Sequence record: PZ445523.1
DNA length: 64,000 nt
DNA from: a phage
Direction: 5' to 3' (one strand)
In this document: positions 39,362-49,545 of the stretch, one piece after another
Layout of the letters: the number at the start of each line of letters is the position of its first letter
Position numbering within the stretch: position 1 is the first letter of the stretch
Position numbers and translations under genes: made by a program
The notes under the pieces: generated by a model
The model's database searches: none
What the model saw: the letters and a program-made list of their open reading frames with translations, nothing else
What the model was told of the DNA's origin: nothing

Positions 39362-39535
39362 CTATCCACATAATACGCCATACAGAGGCTCGTTAGAACT
39401 TTTAAATTTTATGCGCTTATATGTTATAGTTCCTTCTGCTTTAGCTTTATCATGAGACTCTTTAAAGCGTCTCATCATTTCCTCTTTAGAGGAACGAATT
39501 TTATTATAATCTATTTCAGAAGTCTGGGTGTTCAT
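39362..39535 (-). CDS. small hypothetical protein (57 aa)
   Basis: Manual translation MNTQTSEIDYNKIRSSKEEMMRRFKES...; stop inside UUCG hairpin. Confidence 0.4.
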   Translation of the reverse strand: MNTQTSEIDYNKIRSSKEEMMRRFKESHDKAKAEGTITYKRIKFKSSNEPLYGVLCG

Positions 39536-39538
39536 CTT

Positions 39539-39745
39539 TCACAGTTGCCACCATTTTTTAACTTGATAAGAATCAACCCACACTTTCATATTAGGGTCTG
39601 CTCTTACAATAGGAGGATTAACTTCTTTAATTGAACTATCATGGTATTCTTTTTCAGAAATTTTCACACAAAGATGACCATTCAAAGATTCAGTAAATCC
39701 TGCATTAATTTTAAGACGCTTGAATTTTACGTGTGTAAGCATCAA
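39539..39745 (-). CDS. hypothetical protein (68 aa)
   Basis: ORF track. Confidence 0.4.
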   Translation of the reverse strand: MMLTHVKFKRLKINAGFTESLNGHLCVKISEKEYHDSSIKEVNPPIVRADPNMKVWVDSYQVKKWWQL

Positions 39746-40028
39746 TCATATCCTCAATTTGCGATCTAGTAGTCTTCCAAAGAATACTGATGAGTTCATC
39801 GTTATATGGCTGTTTTAGAATATCCCGACTTTTCTTGATAGCATATTCGTATTGAGCAAAATTATTATTTTCAGCTGCAATCTGAGCGTGCTTATAAAGA
39901 CGATTCAGTTCGCGTTTGTTTTTAGACAATAACTTATTTGCTTTTCTTTCTGCTTCAAGACGGTTCTTTTCTTCAATAGAAGAAATAAGCTTTTCCACTT
40001 CATCATTAATTTCGGGTTTATCAGTCAT
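39711..40028 (-). CDS. hypothetical coiled-coil protein (105 aa)
   Basis: ORF track. Confidence 0.45.
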   Translation of the reverse strand: MTDKPEINDEVEKLISSIEEKNRLEAERKANKLLSKNKRELNRLYKHAQIAAENNNFAQYEYAIKKSRDILKQPYNDELISILWKTTRSQIEDMIDAYTRKIQAS

Positions 40029-40029
40029 A

Positions 40030-40248
40030 TTATTTCTCTAATATAAAATAAAAATCATCATCTGTTAAATGATACCGATAGTTTAATTCTACACCATTAG
40101 ATTTAAAAGCGGTATCATACGGATTTTCTGGATCAATATCAATGTCAAGAGCTAAAACTTCCCTGAGATACATTTTAAGTAAATAGGGAATAGCTTCAAC
40201 TTCAGGTATTTCTTCCAAGAATCCGGAGAGGTTAATCGTTAGCCTCAT
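40030..40248 (-). CDS. hypothetical protein (72 aa)
   Basis: ORF track. Confidence 0.45.
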
Positions 40249-40789
40249 ATAAAAAATCCAAACTAGGAGAATCGTCTACAACACTTTTCTTTTCAGCCCC
40301 CGGTGTTCTATAGGTTGATTCTTCGTAATGCGTCATTTTATCGTAGATGTCTTGAATAAAAGTTTCATCTACTAACGCAACCATATCGTCGTCACGGCTG
40401 TCATAGACATTGTGAACGAAGTAACTATATTTCTTTGCAACTTCCTTACGTTCTTTTTTAATACGTTGGACGAATGCATTAAAACAAGCTTGAGTTATAT
40501 ACGCATGTGGGTTTTTATATTTCGTTTCATCAAAATTGTGAAGTCCCTTAATAGAAGCTTCTATACCATCTGCAATCATTTCTTGTTTCCAAGACTGGGT
40601 GTATCCTGAAAAGTTGAAACGTTTAGATAAGCCTTCTGCAATAAGCATAATGGCTAATCCGATAGTATCATTCTGACGAACTACTTTATTTGGGTCTTTA
40701 TTATTTGCTAATTCTGTTTTCCAATCAATAATAGCTTGTAAAAGCTCTTTATTGTTTACGTAATTATATTTAGGCTTAGTTTCTGACAT
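40232..40789 (-). CDS. 55: late-transcription sigma factor gp55, 185 aa
   Basis: ORF-track GTG trimmed to ATG ([21 protein letters not shown]...); recognised as T4 gp55; AGAGGTG SD. Confidence 0.85.
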
Positions 40790-40867
40790 TTTCACCTCTT
40801 AGCTCAATTCATAGATCTATTATATCATAATATTTGAAGATCTATCTTAAAGCATAGAGGATATCAG

Positions 40868-41137
40868 TTATCTAAGTAAGCAGTATGCTTGGAACACTTT
40901 CTCCATCATCTTTTTAAATTCATGAATATCTATGTAATGATCATTAATATCAGCGCGATATAAAAAGTCTAAAAACTTTTTATGGGTATTAGAATATTTA
41001 CTTCCAGTTAATTCAGAAACATGGCTTTCCCAATATCCAACACCAGTTTTATTTGGGAAAAATGAAATTTTCATGTATTGGTCAACATAGAAAATACCAA
41101 AATTTTCAATAGCAATAGAAATATTAATTAATTTCAT
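40868..41137 (-). CDS. hypothetical protein (89 aa)
   Basis: ORF track. Confidence 0.45.
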   Translation of the reverse strand: MKLINISIAIENFGIFYVDQYMKISFFPNKTGVGYWESHVSELTGSKYSNTHKKFLDFLYRADINDHYIDIHEFKKMMEKVFQAYCLLR

Positions 41138-41349
41138 ACATTCATCAACTTAGCCGCTTCAAGAGCTGCATCTAGTGAATCAAACTGGTCAACGTATTCA
41201 ATCAATTCGCCGTAATTGGCATATAACCACCATTGGCTAAATTCATACTCAAGGATGAATCCATTTCCTTCAATTTGAGTTAAACCAATGCCGTTTGTAT
41301 TTACTTCATATCCGGCAAGACGCAAATCGTTAATAAGAGCTTCGTTCAT
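41134..41349 (-). CDS. hypothetical protein (71 aa)
   Basis: ORF track; ATGA overlap. Confidence 0.45.
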   Translation of the reverse strand: MNEALINDLRLAGYEVNTNGIGLTQIEGNGFILEYEFSQWWLYANYGELIEYVDQFDSLDAALEAAKLMNV

Positions 41350-41358
41350 AATTATACC

Positions 41359-41679
41359 TTAGTAATTTTCAGGTCTGCAAATTTTTTTCTTGCGTTGATT
41401 TTTCATGCGACGAATAGTTTTATCGGAAATTTCATGCTTTTGATAAGCTTTAGATTCTACACCAAAAGCTTTAACATCAAATTCTGACAAGATATATTGA
41501 ACCAACAATTCACGGATAGTGTTGCGTCCAATCTTCTGATCATTCTGTTTCATCGTCTGATGAAGCTCTTTTTCCCATTTATCCAAAATTTGAGGAGTTA
41601 CAATATCGCCTTTTTCTAGTAAAGAAACTACTTTATCATATGCGTAAGAATTGATGGCGTTTTTAATTTGAATAGTCAT
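41359..41679 (-). CDS. hypothetical protein (106 aa)
   Basis: ORF track. Confidence 0.45.
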   Translation of the reverse strand: MTIQIKNAINSYAYDKVVSLLEKGDIVTPQILDKWEKELHQTMKQNDQKIGRNTIRELLVQYILSEFDVKAFGVESKAYQKHEISDKTIRRMKNQRKKKICRPENY

Positions 41680-41717
41680 ACATTATCCTCAATTGCGTTA
41701 AAATTTTATTATCCAAA

Positions 41718-41733
41718 AAGGGCCGAAGCCCTT
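41718..41733 (-). terminator. UUCG-tetraloop hairpin with U-rich tail
   Basis: aagggccgaagccctt. Confidence 0.55.
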
Positions 41734-41932
41734 AGCTAAACTTTTTGGCACCCTTCCAGCCTTCGTACATCATTGCGGCTGATATTAATATTGCTCCTGA
41801 GCAACTTGAATATTTGTGATTCCAAAACCAGTTTAGAAAAACTTCGTCATCAATACCTTGGGCTATCATATTTTCAAAGAACTGACGACGAGCTTCGGCA
41901 ATTCGCTGCGATAATTTAGATTCAGGATTCAT
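41732..41932 (-). CDS. hypothetical protein (66 aa)
   Basis: ORF track. Confidence 0.4.
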   Translation of the reverse strand: MNPESKLSQRIAEARRQFFENMIAQGIDDEVFLNWFWNHKYSSCSGAILISAAMMYEGWKGAKKFS

Positions 41933-42072
41933 TTAAATTTTCCAGTTACCGTTTTCATCAATAAATTCAATCCAGTCATTTACTGACCACTTAGTTGTAT
42001 CACCTTTTTGGAGTAACATTTAAAGTGTATAACCCCTGCTTAAAAAGCATTCGTTTGATATTCATATTTTCC

Positions 42073-42411
42073 TCAGCTGTAACGATAACACTCGTTTGAT
42101 TTACGTTTAGCAACTCGTTGAGATGTATTATAATCTAATTCATCGTCGATGTAAACATCTTTTTTCAACTTTCTCACTTCATTACGTAATTGACGATTTA
42201 ATTCATTCTTAACCTCTGAATCAACACCTCGCATACGTCGCCATTTATCTGAACGAAAAATGTTTTCAACCATATCTTTATGACTTACACCATCAGGAGC
42301 TTTACGCTTTCCGAAATAGTCATAATCACGTACTTTTAAATCTTTACGACGATACGTTTTACCCATGGAGTTTAATTTCCTTAGCAACTGAACTAAATAC
42401 AGCACGGTCAC
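42073..42411 (-). CDS. hypothetical basic protein (112 aa)
   Basis: ORF track. Confidence 0.45.
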   Translation of the reverse strand: MTVLYLVQLLRKLNSMGKTYRRKDLKVRDYDYFGKRKAPDGVSHKDMVENIFRSDKWRRMRGVDSEVKNELNRQLRNEVRKLKKDVYIDDELDYNTSQRVAKRKSNECYRYS

Positions 42412-42541
42412 AAATCATCTGTTTATGTAACTTAAGTATAAGATAATAAACTTCAAAACCGTTTACATAAGTAACACGAACAACATTACCATTAATAAAA
42501 TAATATTGTCCCCTTTTAATTTCTTTATCAACCACAACCAT
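42359..42541 (-). CDS. hypothetical protein (60 aa)
   Basis: ORF track; ATG downstream of early promoter. Confidence 0.4.
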   Translation of the reverse strand: MVVVDKEIKRGQYYFINGNVVRVTYVNGFEVYYLILKLHKQMICDRAVFSSVAKEIKLHG

Positions 42542-42571
42542 ATCAAATCCTCAAAGGCAATTCATATGTCA

Positions 42572-42601
42572 ATAATACCACAGTTTGAACTTGTTGTAAA
42601 C
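42572..42601 (-). promoter_or_regulatory. T4-type early promoter
   Basis: ataata-N18-gtaaac with conserved UP-like tract. Confidence 0.55.
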
Positions 42602-42681
42602 AACTTTGTGAAAAATATTTTAGGGAATGACAAGAAGGGAACGATAGCTTAGAATGGTAATATACAGAATGCGAGAAAGAA

Positions 42682-42694
42682 AGGCCCAGAGGGC
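42682..42694 (-). terminator. GC hairpin with U-rich tail after nrdH
   Basis: ggccc-aga-gggcc. Confidence 0.5.
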
Positions 42695-42699
42695 CCGTC

Positions 42700-43023
42700 T
42701 TAATCTTCTATGATATCTCTATCATATCCAAGTGAAATGAGAGTTTCTTTGAAGTGTTTAATGTTCTTTTGTCTAGAATCATTAATGAAAATGACTGGAT
42801 AACGAATGTTAAGAGATGTGAATCCAGCGCGTTTAGCAAGAGATACAATCAGTGGACGATCATACTCAATCTTACCGTTATTTGTAAGAACTTTATAGAA
42901 AGTAAAAGGAGCATTGAGCTCCTTTAGAAGTTTTGTAACTGATTGACATCCAGGACAACGACCTACTTCATCTGGAATTCCATAGACTTCAATCTTATTC
43001 TTTAAGTTCGAGTTTTGTTCCAC
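42700..43023 (-). CDS. nrdH: glutaredoxin-like NrdH (about 107 aa; start uncertain, GTG with AAGGA SD)
   Basis: CPGC redox motif in KIEVYGIPDEVGRCPGCQ; position next to nrdG; N-terminus of ORF-track entry is hydrophobic read-through. Confidence 0.55.
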   Translation of the reverse strand: MEQNSNLKNKIEVYGIPDEVGRCPGCQSVTKLLKELNAPFTFYKVLTNNGKIEYDRPLIVSLAKRAGFTSLNIRYPVIFINDSRQKNIKHFKETLISLGYDRDIIED

Positions 43024-43306
43024 GAGAAATAATTCCTTGGTAAGCCCAATAAGGAGGATTAACAGAATCATCACCAGAATTTTCTTCAGGGAAATAAACC
43101 TGGATAACGAAGCCGGATTCATCAAAGGTGAAATAAGTAGTAGGCAGTTCACCTAACAAATCGGCACGAGCGTTGATTTCTTCGAGGTCTTGTTCACGTC
43201 CAGCCCAGAAGCTTGGGTTCAGACTACATTCATAGAAATAATAGTCATTACCGAACATATCAAAACCATTCCAACTCTCTACTACATACCGCTCAAAACT
43301 AATCAT
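42995..43306 (-). CDS. hypothetical acidic protein (103 aa)
   Basis: ORF track. Confidence 0.45.
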   Translation of the reverse strand: MISFERYVVESWNGFDMFGNDYYFYECSLNPSFWAGREQDLEEINARADLLGELPTTYFTFDESGFVIQVYFPEENSGDDSVNPPYWAYQGIISRGTKLELKE

Positions 43307-43308
43307 AA

Positions 43309-43524
43309 TTAAGCCTTTTTATCAAGAACAGCATTCAGCTTGTTAGTAATTTTATCCAGACGCTCATTGAACTCACTAGAAGATAAGCCCTTTTCTGGAG
43401 AAATTAAACTAATAACGAAAAATACAACAATAAAAGGAATAAGAAAAATAGCTCCAACTGCCATAAACAGAAAGAATGTTACAGTTGTAAGAAAATCAGC
43501 TAAACCTTTACGAAATTTATACAT
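43309..43524 (-). CDS. small membrane protein (71 aa)
   Basis: ORF track; hydrophobic helix. Confidence 0.45.
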   Translation of the reverse strand: MYKFRKGLADFLTTVTFFLFMAVGAIFLIPFIVVFFVISLISPEKGLSSSEFNERLDKITNKLNAVLDKKA

Positions 43525-43639
43525 ATTTTACCCTTAATTGATTAACCAAGCATTAATAAGCACTAAACTATATTGCGAATAAAATTCTGGACCAAAATGA
43601 AAAATCATATCATTTATAGTATCCATAATGTAATTCAAT

Positions 43640-44110
43640 TTAATCATGTGTCCACCCCTCATCGGTATTTGACCAAAGTCGCTGATTATCTGATCCTCGC
43701 CACAGCTTTTTGGTAGGAAGATTTTTCTCATACTTCCCATCAATAATAACATCAACATATTTAAGCATTTCTAGTTGTTTAATATCTTCAAACTTATATC
43801 CTGTCCACAACCAAATGCTTTTATTGGGATAAAGATTTTTAATAGTTTGAACCACAGAGTGAATCACGTCTCTGTTATCAGGATAAAGAGGGTCTCCTCC
43901 AGTTATAGTTAATCCTTCTATATAATCATTATTCAAACATTCAATTAATTGCTCTAGTGTTTCACCAGTGAATGGAATGCCATTTCTAGCATTCCATGTT
44001 GATTTATTATAACACCCTTCACATTTATGCAAACAACCTGTAACGAAAAGAACGACCCTGCAACCAGGGCCATTCACAAAATCGCAAGGATAAAATCTAT
44101 CATAATTCAT
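43640..44110 (-). CDS. nrdG: anaerobic ribonucleotide reductase activase NrdG (radical SAM), 156 aa
   Basis: CxxxCxxC-type cluster CLHKCEGC; ATGA overlap with nrdD. Confidence 0.85.
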   Translation of the reverse strand: MNYDRFYPCDFVNGPGCRVVLFVTGCLHKCEGCYNKSTWNARNGIPFTGETLEQLIECLNNDYIEGLTITGGDPLYPDNRDVIHSVVQTIKNLYPNKSIWLWTGYKFEDIKQLEMLKYVDVIIDGKYEKNLPTKKLWRGSDNQRLWSNTDEGWTHD

Positions 44111-45924
44111 TGGTGTTTAACCCTATGCATGATTTCTTTATTTTTACCGAGATTAAATCCGCGTTCGTTCGGATTTCCCAAATAACCACATGTTCTTCTT
44201 ATTGTGTTCATCTTTTTAGGATCAGTTTCTCCACAAATAGAACAAACAAATCCGTTTTCAGTAGGAGTCATTTCATGGGTACTTCCGCATGTAAAACATT
44301 TATCTACCGGCATGTTAACACCAAAATAATCTAAATGTTGTGCAGCATAATCCCATACGGCCTCAAGACCTTTTAAGTTATTTTTCATATCAGGAAGTTC
44401 AACATAAGAAATGTGACCACCTGTCGCAATGAAATGATATGGTGCTTCGCGGGAAATCTTTTCAAACGGAGTAATATTTTCTTCTACTGAAACATGGAAA
44501 CTGTTAGTGTACCAGCCTTTATCGGTAACATCTTTTACGCTTCCATATTTTTCGGTATCGAGTTTACAGAAGCGATAACAAAGGTTTTCAGCAGGAGTCG
44601 AATATAAACTAAAAGCAAATCCGGTTCTTTCAGTCCACTGTTTAAGATGAGCATTCATTTTAGTTAAAATTTCTCGTCCAATATCACGACCGACAAGAAT
44701 ATTCAATTCGTGAATACCAATGTATCCTAAAGACACTGAACTTCTACCATTTTTAAATAACTCAATTATGTCGTCATCAGGTTTAAGACGAACCCCGAAT
44801 GCACCTTCTTGGTAAAGAATAGGAGCAACAGTTGCTTTAACTCCTTTTAAGGAACTAATTCTACACATCAAAGCTTCAAAACACAAATCCATTCGTTCAT
44901 TAAATAGCTCAACAAATTTCTGTTCATTGAACTGTGTTCCAATATAAGAATCTAACGCGATGCGAGGAAGATTCAGTGTTACAACACCAAGATTATTACG
45001 TCCATCAAGAATTTCATTGCCAGTCGAATCTTTCCATACGCTCAAGAAACTACGGCAACCCATTGGAGAAACAGGAACAGATGAACCAGTGATAGCTTTA
45101 TTGTTCTTAGCTGAAATAATATCAGGATACATCCTTTTGCTTGCACACTCTAGAGCAAGCTGTTTAATATCATAGTTCGGATCGTCTTTATAAAGATTAA
45201 CACCTTCTTCAACAAACATAACAAGCTTAGGGAAAATAGGAGTTATCCCATCACGACCAAGACCTTTAATACGATTTTTCAGAATTGCTTTCTGAATCAT
45301 TCGTTCAGTCCAGTCAGTTCCCGTACCAAATGTAATTGTTACAAAAGGCGTTTGTCCGTTTGAACTAAAGAGAGTATTTACTTCATATTCATAAGCTTGG
45401 AATGCATCGTATACGTCTTTTTCTGTTTTAGATTGAGCATAATTCAACGCATCGGCGATTTGCCATTTTTCTGCATCCTCAATGTGTTTTGCATAGGTGC
45501 GTTTAACATAAGGAGAAAGTACTTTATCTACATTCGCAAAAGTCGTTCCGCCGTATTGGTGAGAAGCAACCTGCGCAGTAATTTGTGCCATAATCGCAGT
45601 AGCAACGCCAATTGATTTAGGGGTTTCAATCTGCGCATTACCTAGCTTAAATCCGTTCTCAAGCATTCCTTTTAAATCTACTAAACAGCAATTAGTAAAT
45701 GGAAGAGCAGGGGAATAATCAATATCGTGGAAATGGATAATTCCGCTTTCATGTGCTTTCATAATAAAAGACGGGACCATATTTTTGGCAATGTGTTTAG
45801 ACACAATACCAGCCATAAGGTCCCGTTGAGTTGGAAAAACACGAGAATCTTTATTAGCATTCTCGTTTAAAAGGTCTTTATTAGTTTTATGAATCAATCC
45901 TTCAATTTCTTTTTCAATTGTCAT
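44107..45924 (-). CDS. nrdD: anaerobic ribonucleoside-triphosphate reductase NrdD, 605 aa, uninterrupted
   Basis: 605-aa continuous ORF with C-terminal CxxC...CxxC and glycyl-radical region; no intron-like interruption. Confidence 0.9.
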   Translation of the reverse strand: MTIEKEIEGLIHKTNKDLLNENANKDSRVFPTQRDLMAGIVSKHIAKNMVPSFIMKAHESGIIHFHDIDYSPALPFTNCCLVDLKGMLENGFKLGNAQIETPKSIGVATAIMAQITAQVASHQYGGTTFANVDKVLSPYVKRTYAKHIEDAEKWQIADALNYAQSKTEKDVYDAFQAYEYEVNTLFSSNGQTPFVTITFGTGTDWTERMIQKAILKNRIKGLGRDGITPIFPKLVMFVEEGVNLYKDDPNYDIKQLALECASKRMYPDIISAKNNKAITGSSVPVSPMGCRSFLSVWKDSTGNEILDGRNNLGVVTLNLPRIALDSYIGTQFNEQKFVELFNERMDLCFEALMCRISSLKGVKATVAPILYQEGAFGVRLKPDDDIIELFKNGRSSVSLGYIGIHELNILVGRDIGREILTKMNAHLKQWTERTGFAFSLYSTPAENLCYRFCKLDTEKYGSVKDVTDKGWYTNSFHVSVEENITPFEKISREAPYHFIATGGHISYVELPDMKNNLKGLEAVWDYAAQHLDYFGVNMPVDKCFTCGSTHEMTPTENGFVCSICGETDPKKMNTIRRTCGYLGNPNERGFNLGKNKEIMHRVKHQ

Positions 45925-46394
45925 TTTAAACTCTTTCTAAGCTGCTTCTTAAATGAAGCTATTAACTGTGTTTTGGTGTCAGATTCATTATATTCAAATC
46001 CTCTTTGAAGCATCTCGGCCATCATTTCCTCTTTTCCTAAACGAGAAAATTCCTTTGATTTATCTCCAACAAAGTTAGGGTGAATATTATTTTGGGTGTA
46101 ATCGGATTTTAAGTAAGTAAGTAAATTTTCTAACCATTCAAGATAATCAACACCTTGTCCCTTTAAGCCAGAACGATTAAATTTGTGCTTCATTTGACCT
46201 TCTGCAGCATTGCAAAGATTACAAAGCAATCCACGTACCTTTCCTGCTTTTGGTCCATTTAATTCATGGTCATGATCAAGATGATTAGCTTGAACATCAG
46301 GATTTAGTTCTCGTTGGCAAATTAAGCATTTACCGTTTTGTGCATCATAAAATTTCTGTTTTTCTTCTTTATATAATTTGCCAGTCAATAACAT
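45921..46394 (-). CDS. 49: endonuclease VII gp49 (Holliday junction resolvase), 157 aa
   Basis: Zinc-binding CLICQ...CNLCN; length matches T4. Confidence 0.85.
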   Translation of the reverse strand: MLLTGKLYKEEKQKFYDAQNGKCLICQRELNPDVQANHLDHDHELNGPKAGKVRGLLCNLCNAAEGQMKHKFNRSGLKGQGVDYLEWLENLLTYLKSDYTQNNIHPNFVGDKSKEFSRLGKEEMMAEMLQRGFEYNESDTKTQLIASFKKQLRKSLK

Positions 46395-46399
46395 AATAA

Positions 46400-46424
46400 A
46401 CCCTTACCTTAAATAGATAAGGGT
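46400..46424 (-). promoter_or_regulatory. hairpin sequestering the gene 49 ribosome-binding site
   Basis: transcript ACCCUUA-N11-UAAGGGU, 3' arm contains the SD 5 nt before AUG; matches known gene 49 structural control. Confidence 0.5.
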
Positions 46425-46435
46425 ATTTATTATTT

Positions 46436-46921
46436 TCAAGTATTGTAAAACATTTGATGCAATCGCTTATATTGCCGAATCTTTTGGTCAGAAAAAGAAA
46501 TTTGAGTTTCAAGCCATTCAATGTACTCTGCGGCAGCTTGCATTAAATTTCCTTCATAACCATCGTTATTTTCTTGTGCAGCTAATTTAGCTAATGCGTA
46601 TGAAATACGTTCACCTTGAAAAGCGGATTCAGGCTTCTGAACATCTTGACTAGTTCGCTCTACGACTTCTTCAATTTCGCCATTTTCTACTGATTCAGTA
46701 TTCCATAAGCACCAATACGCAGTTGGCTTATCGTAGATGTTAATAATCTTTCCGTCGGAAAGTTCAATTTCAATAATTCCAGTATCAGGTTCTATATCAT
46801 CTTCACATTCTTTTGCAAGTTCACGAACTTTAAAGACAGTACCTGCACTAAGTTCCGGCCAGTAATTACATAGCTCTTTATCAGCACGATTAATTCTAAA
46901 CCACTTATCTACTGTAATCAT
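46436..46921 (-). CDS. pin: Pin-like protease inhibitor (161 aa from ATG at 46921)
   Basis: ORF-track TTG start trimmed; size and position next to gene 49; not verified. Confidence 0.5.
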   Translation of the reverse strand: MITVDKWFRINRADKELCNYWPELSAGTVFKVRELAKECEDDIEPDTGIIEIELSDGKIINIYDKPTAYWCLWNTESVENGEIEEVVERTSQDVQKPESAFQGERISYALAKLAAQENNDGYEGNLMQAAAEYIEWLETQISFSDQKIRQYKRLHQMFYNT

Positions 46922-47044
46922 GTCCCATCTCCATATCAATTAAGTCATTTATCGTTGGTTCATTATATACTGTTTCTTCATCAGTGTAAACCGGTTCTTC
47001 CGGCTCTGGCTCTACAGTTTCCCATCTAGCCGCCCACCAAGGTT

Positions 47045-47365
47045 TTATAGCGTAATCCATTCTCGTACTGTCTGAATTACTACACGTTCTCGAAGCTCAA
47101 CCAGTTCAACGGTAGGAACTGCATAATACCAGTCAGAATGGTAAGAACCTGAGCGAGATTCATTTACAGAAACATATACGTGGTGTTTTGGGCTAAAGTA
47201 AATTACTCGACGATATTGGCATTTGCCTTGTTGAGTCCATTCTTCGGATTCAATCTGAATAAGATAGTCGGAAAAATCGAAATCATAGTTTTCCGAAAAT
47301 GCATCATGGTCTTCGATGATTTCACTCAGAACTGCATCAACATCTAATTTATTTTCAATAGTCAT
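47045..47365 (-). CDS. hypothetical acidic protein (106 aa)
   Basis: ORF track. Confidence 0.45.
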   Translation of the reverse strand: MTIENKLDVDAVLSEIIEDHDAFSENYDFDFSDYLIQIESEEWTQQGKCQYRRVIYFSPKHHVYVSVNESRSGSYHSDWYYAVPTVELVELRERVVIQTVREWITL

Positions 47366-47376
47366 TTTTTCACCAA

Positions 47377-47586
47377 TTAATTTCGCAATTTATTAAGTTC
47401 TTCATAATCAATCCAGGATTCTAATCCTGATGGCAAATCAGATTCAATTTCCCAAAGAAGCTCTTCAATTTTCTGAAGACGATCTAGTTCTTCAGCTGGA
47501 ATAGTAACCATTGATGGAGTTCTTGATACACTAATATCGTAAATCATATTTACCCCAGTTTGACCATACAATCGCCGTATTTCCAC
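47377..47586 (-). CDS. hypothetical protein (69 aa; alternative start at 47547)
   Basis: ORF track. Confidence 0.4.
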   Translation of the reverse strand: MEIRRLYGQTGVNMIYDISVSRTPSMVTIPAEELDRLQKIEELLWEIESDLPSGLESWIDYEELNKLRN

Positions 47587-47765
47587 TTAGAAATAGACTT
47601 TTCACCATTAGAATAATAAACTTCGAGTTTAGCACGATTATTTTTAATTTGAATAACCTTGGCTGTCATCAAAGTTCCATACCCATAGTAAACTGCAACT
47701 TCATCACCTACATATACCGCGCTTCCGCGGTAATCATGGATATAATCAGTTCCTTCGAGAATCAT
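47550..47765 (-). CDS. hypothetical protein (71 aa)
   Basis: ORF track. Confidence 0.45.
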   Translation of the reverse strand: MILEGTDYIHDYRGSAVYVGDEVAVYYGYGTLMTAKVIQIKNNRAKLEVYYSNGEKSISKWKYGDCMVKLG

Positions 47766-48025
47766 TTAAAGTATTCCCGCAATTGGTCAAATCCACCAAT
47801 ATGACTTCCATCAGGAGCAAATACCTGAGGCATTGTCAAGCCGATTTGAGTATCACGACCTAGTTTCGTTAGAAGCTCAGCAATTTTCTCATCATCAAAA
47901 ACACCTTTTTCCGGCATAATGTTGATAAATTCAAACGGCTGTTTCTTCACGGTCAAAAGACGTTTTGCATTATCGCAATACACGCATTTGTGGATGTTGC
48001 TATCATAACCATATACTTTAAACAT
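47762..48025 (-). CDS. nrdC: thioredoxin/glutaredoxin NrdC, 87 aa
   Basis: CVYC redox motif; 87 aa as in T4. Confidence 0.8.
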   Translation of the reverse strand: MFKVYGYDSNIHKCVYCDNAKRLLTVKKQPFEFINIMPEKGVFDDEKIAELLTKLGRDTQIGLTMPQVFAPDGSHIGGFDQLREYFK

Positions 48026-48026
48026 A

Positions 48027-48269
48027 TTATTCCTTAATTCCTAGTACTTGTTTGAAGGTCTCAGTATAATCGGAGTATTGACCGGTTTGTTCTTTATATT
48101 TGTTCATAATATCATAAACTTCTAAACGCATATTATTATACGAACGGGTTAAAGCGGATTTCAATACTGAATAACTATCCGGAAATTTACCATGTTCTTT
48201 ATAATAGGCCAGAGTTAATTCACGGACCGCTTTATCAGCAGTCTCAAGATATTCTTTACGCTTTGCCAT
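48027..48269 (-). CDS. hypothetical protein (80 aa from ATG at 48269)
   Basis: ORF track trimmed. Confidence 0.4.
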   Translation of the reverse strand: MAKRKEYLETADKAVRELTLAYYKEHGKFPDSYSVLKSALTRSYNNMRLEVYDIMNKYKEQTGQYSDYTETFKQVLGIKE

Positions 48270-48570
48270 TTTCTTCTCGCTCAAATCGGTGTTTACAATG
48301 GCGACATTTATAACGAAGATTATTAGTCTGCCAATGGACCAATTGCACCTGTTCAGTTCCACATTCAGGGCAATTAGGAACGTTTTTAGAAGCCCTTTCG
48401 CGACGTTCAATCATGACCATTACAGAATCCCAATTAACAGGAGGGCTATAATCATCACAACCATGAATCTTTCCACGCATTTCCAGATCGTCTTCTTCAC
48501 CAGCCATAATAATTTTAATTAAACTGGAATTACTTGAAGCTGCAATGTCTTCTAATAGACGCTTTTTCAT
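48256..48570 (-). CDS. zinc-finger protein (104 aa; CPECG...CRHCKH)
   Basis: ORF track; Cys pairs. Confidence 0.5.
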   Translation of the reverse strand: MKKRLLEDIAASSNSSLIKIIMAGEEDDLEMRGKIHGCDDYSPPVNWDSVMVMIERRERASKNVPNCPECGTEQVQLVHWQTNNLRYKCRHCKHRFEREENGKA

Positions 48571-49493
48571 TTCAATACCTCAATAGCATTACGTAAACCA
48601 TTTGCTTTGGCGGTTAAAGCCTTAAGAACTTTAGTATGCTCTTCAATTTGTTTTTCAACTTCAATCAAACGAGCATTGAGATATTCGCGTTCTTCTTTCA
48701 TAGTATCATTTCCATGATTGGATTTTGGTGTAGGTTTAAATTCACTAGGGTCCTTTAATTTAATAACAAATTTAGTTTCAAACAGTGAAAGACCATAATT
48801 CGTATTATCATCAAAGGATTTGACTACATCCATATCAGATAATAACACGCGCAAATTATAAGCCAAAGAACTAATAGTTTCATTGTGTTTATTAGCTTCG
48901 CGTGGTTTCATATACGGAAGATTTTTATATATCTCATGCGGAGCGCAAACGATAATTGACAATTCAAATTGTCCATTCTGGGACGATGGAGTGAATTTAG
49001 CCGTAACCCAGTCTTTTACATTCACATTAATAGTACGGTTATCACCATGACAAAACAGTCTACGAGAATGCTTAAAAAGCATATTCACGTTATTATTGAA
49101 TTCGTGTGAAAATTCACTAGCAAATTTTTCTTTACTATCTTTAGAAAACCATTCTTCTAAATAAGTTCTTTTCACGTCGTTAATAATATTAAATGTAACA
49201 ACATTAGCATTTGATACATTAGTCTCAATGTAGCTTGGATACATAAATTTTTTAACATTATTAACAGCTATCACAGAAGATAGTAATCGGGAACGTTTGA
49301 ACCACTCGAGCAAAGAACCAAGAGAATGTGAATACGCATTTTGTGTATCTTTACAAATATGGTTTTCCCATCCAATATAGTCTAAAAAATCACGAAGAAT
49401 ATTATTGATTACTGCTCTGTGTCCGATCTGATAATTACGGTGTTTAGTAATAAGACTGTCAAAATAATCAATATAATGTTTACGAGTTTTCAT
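48567..49493 (-). CDS. tandem paralog family member 1 (308 aa), C-terminal coiled coil
   Basis: ORF track; shares central motif and coiled-coil tail with the next three genes. Confidence 0.6.
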   Translation of the reverse strand: MKTRKHYIDYFDSLITKHRNYQIGHRAVINNILRDFLDYIGWENHICKDTQNAYSHSLGSLLEWFKRSRLLSSVIAVNNVKKFMYPSYIETNVSNANVVTFNIINDVKRTYLEEWFSKDSKEKFASEFSHEFNNNVNMLFKHSRRLFCHGDNRTINVNVKDWVTAKFTPSSQNGQFELSIIVCAPHEIYKNLPYMKPREANKHNETISSLAYNLRVLLSDMDVVKSFDDNTNYGLSLFETKFVIKLKDPSEFKPTPKSNHGNDTMKEEREYLNARLIEVEKQIEEHTKVLKALTAKANGLRNAIEVLK

Positions 49494-49545
49494 GTTCTTC
49501 TCACTTGGTTAATGGTTTATACTCCGAGCCATCCTTGGCTTTAAA

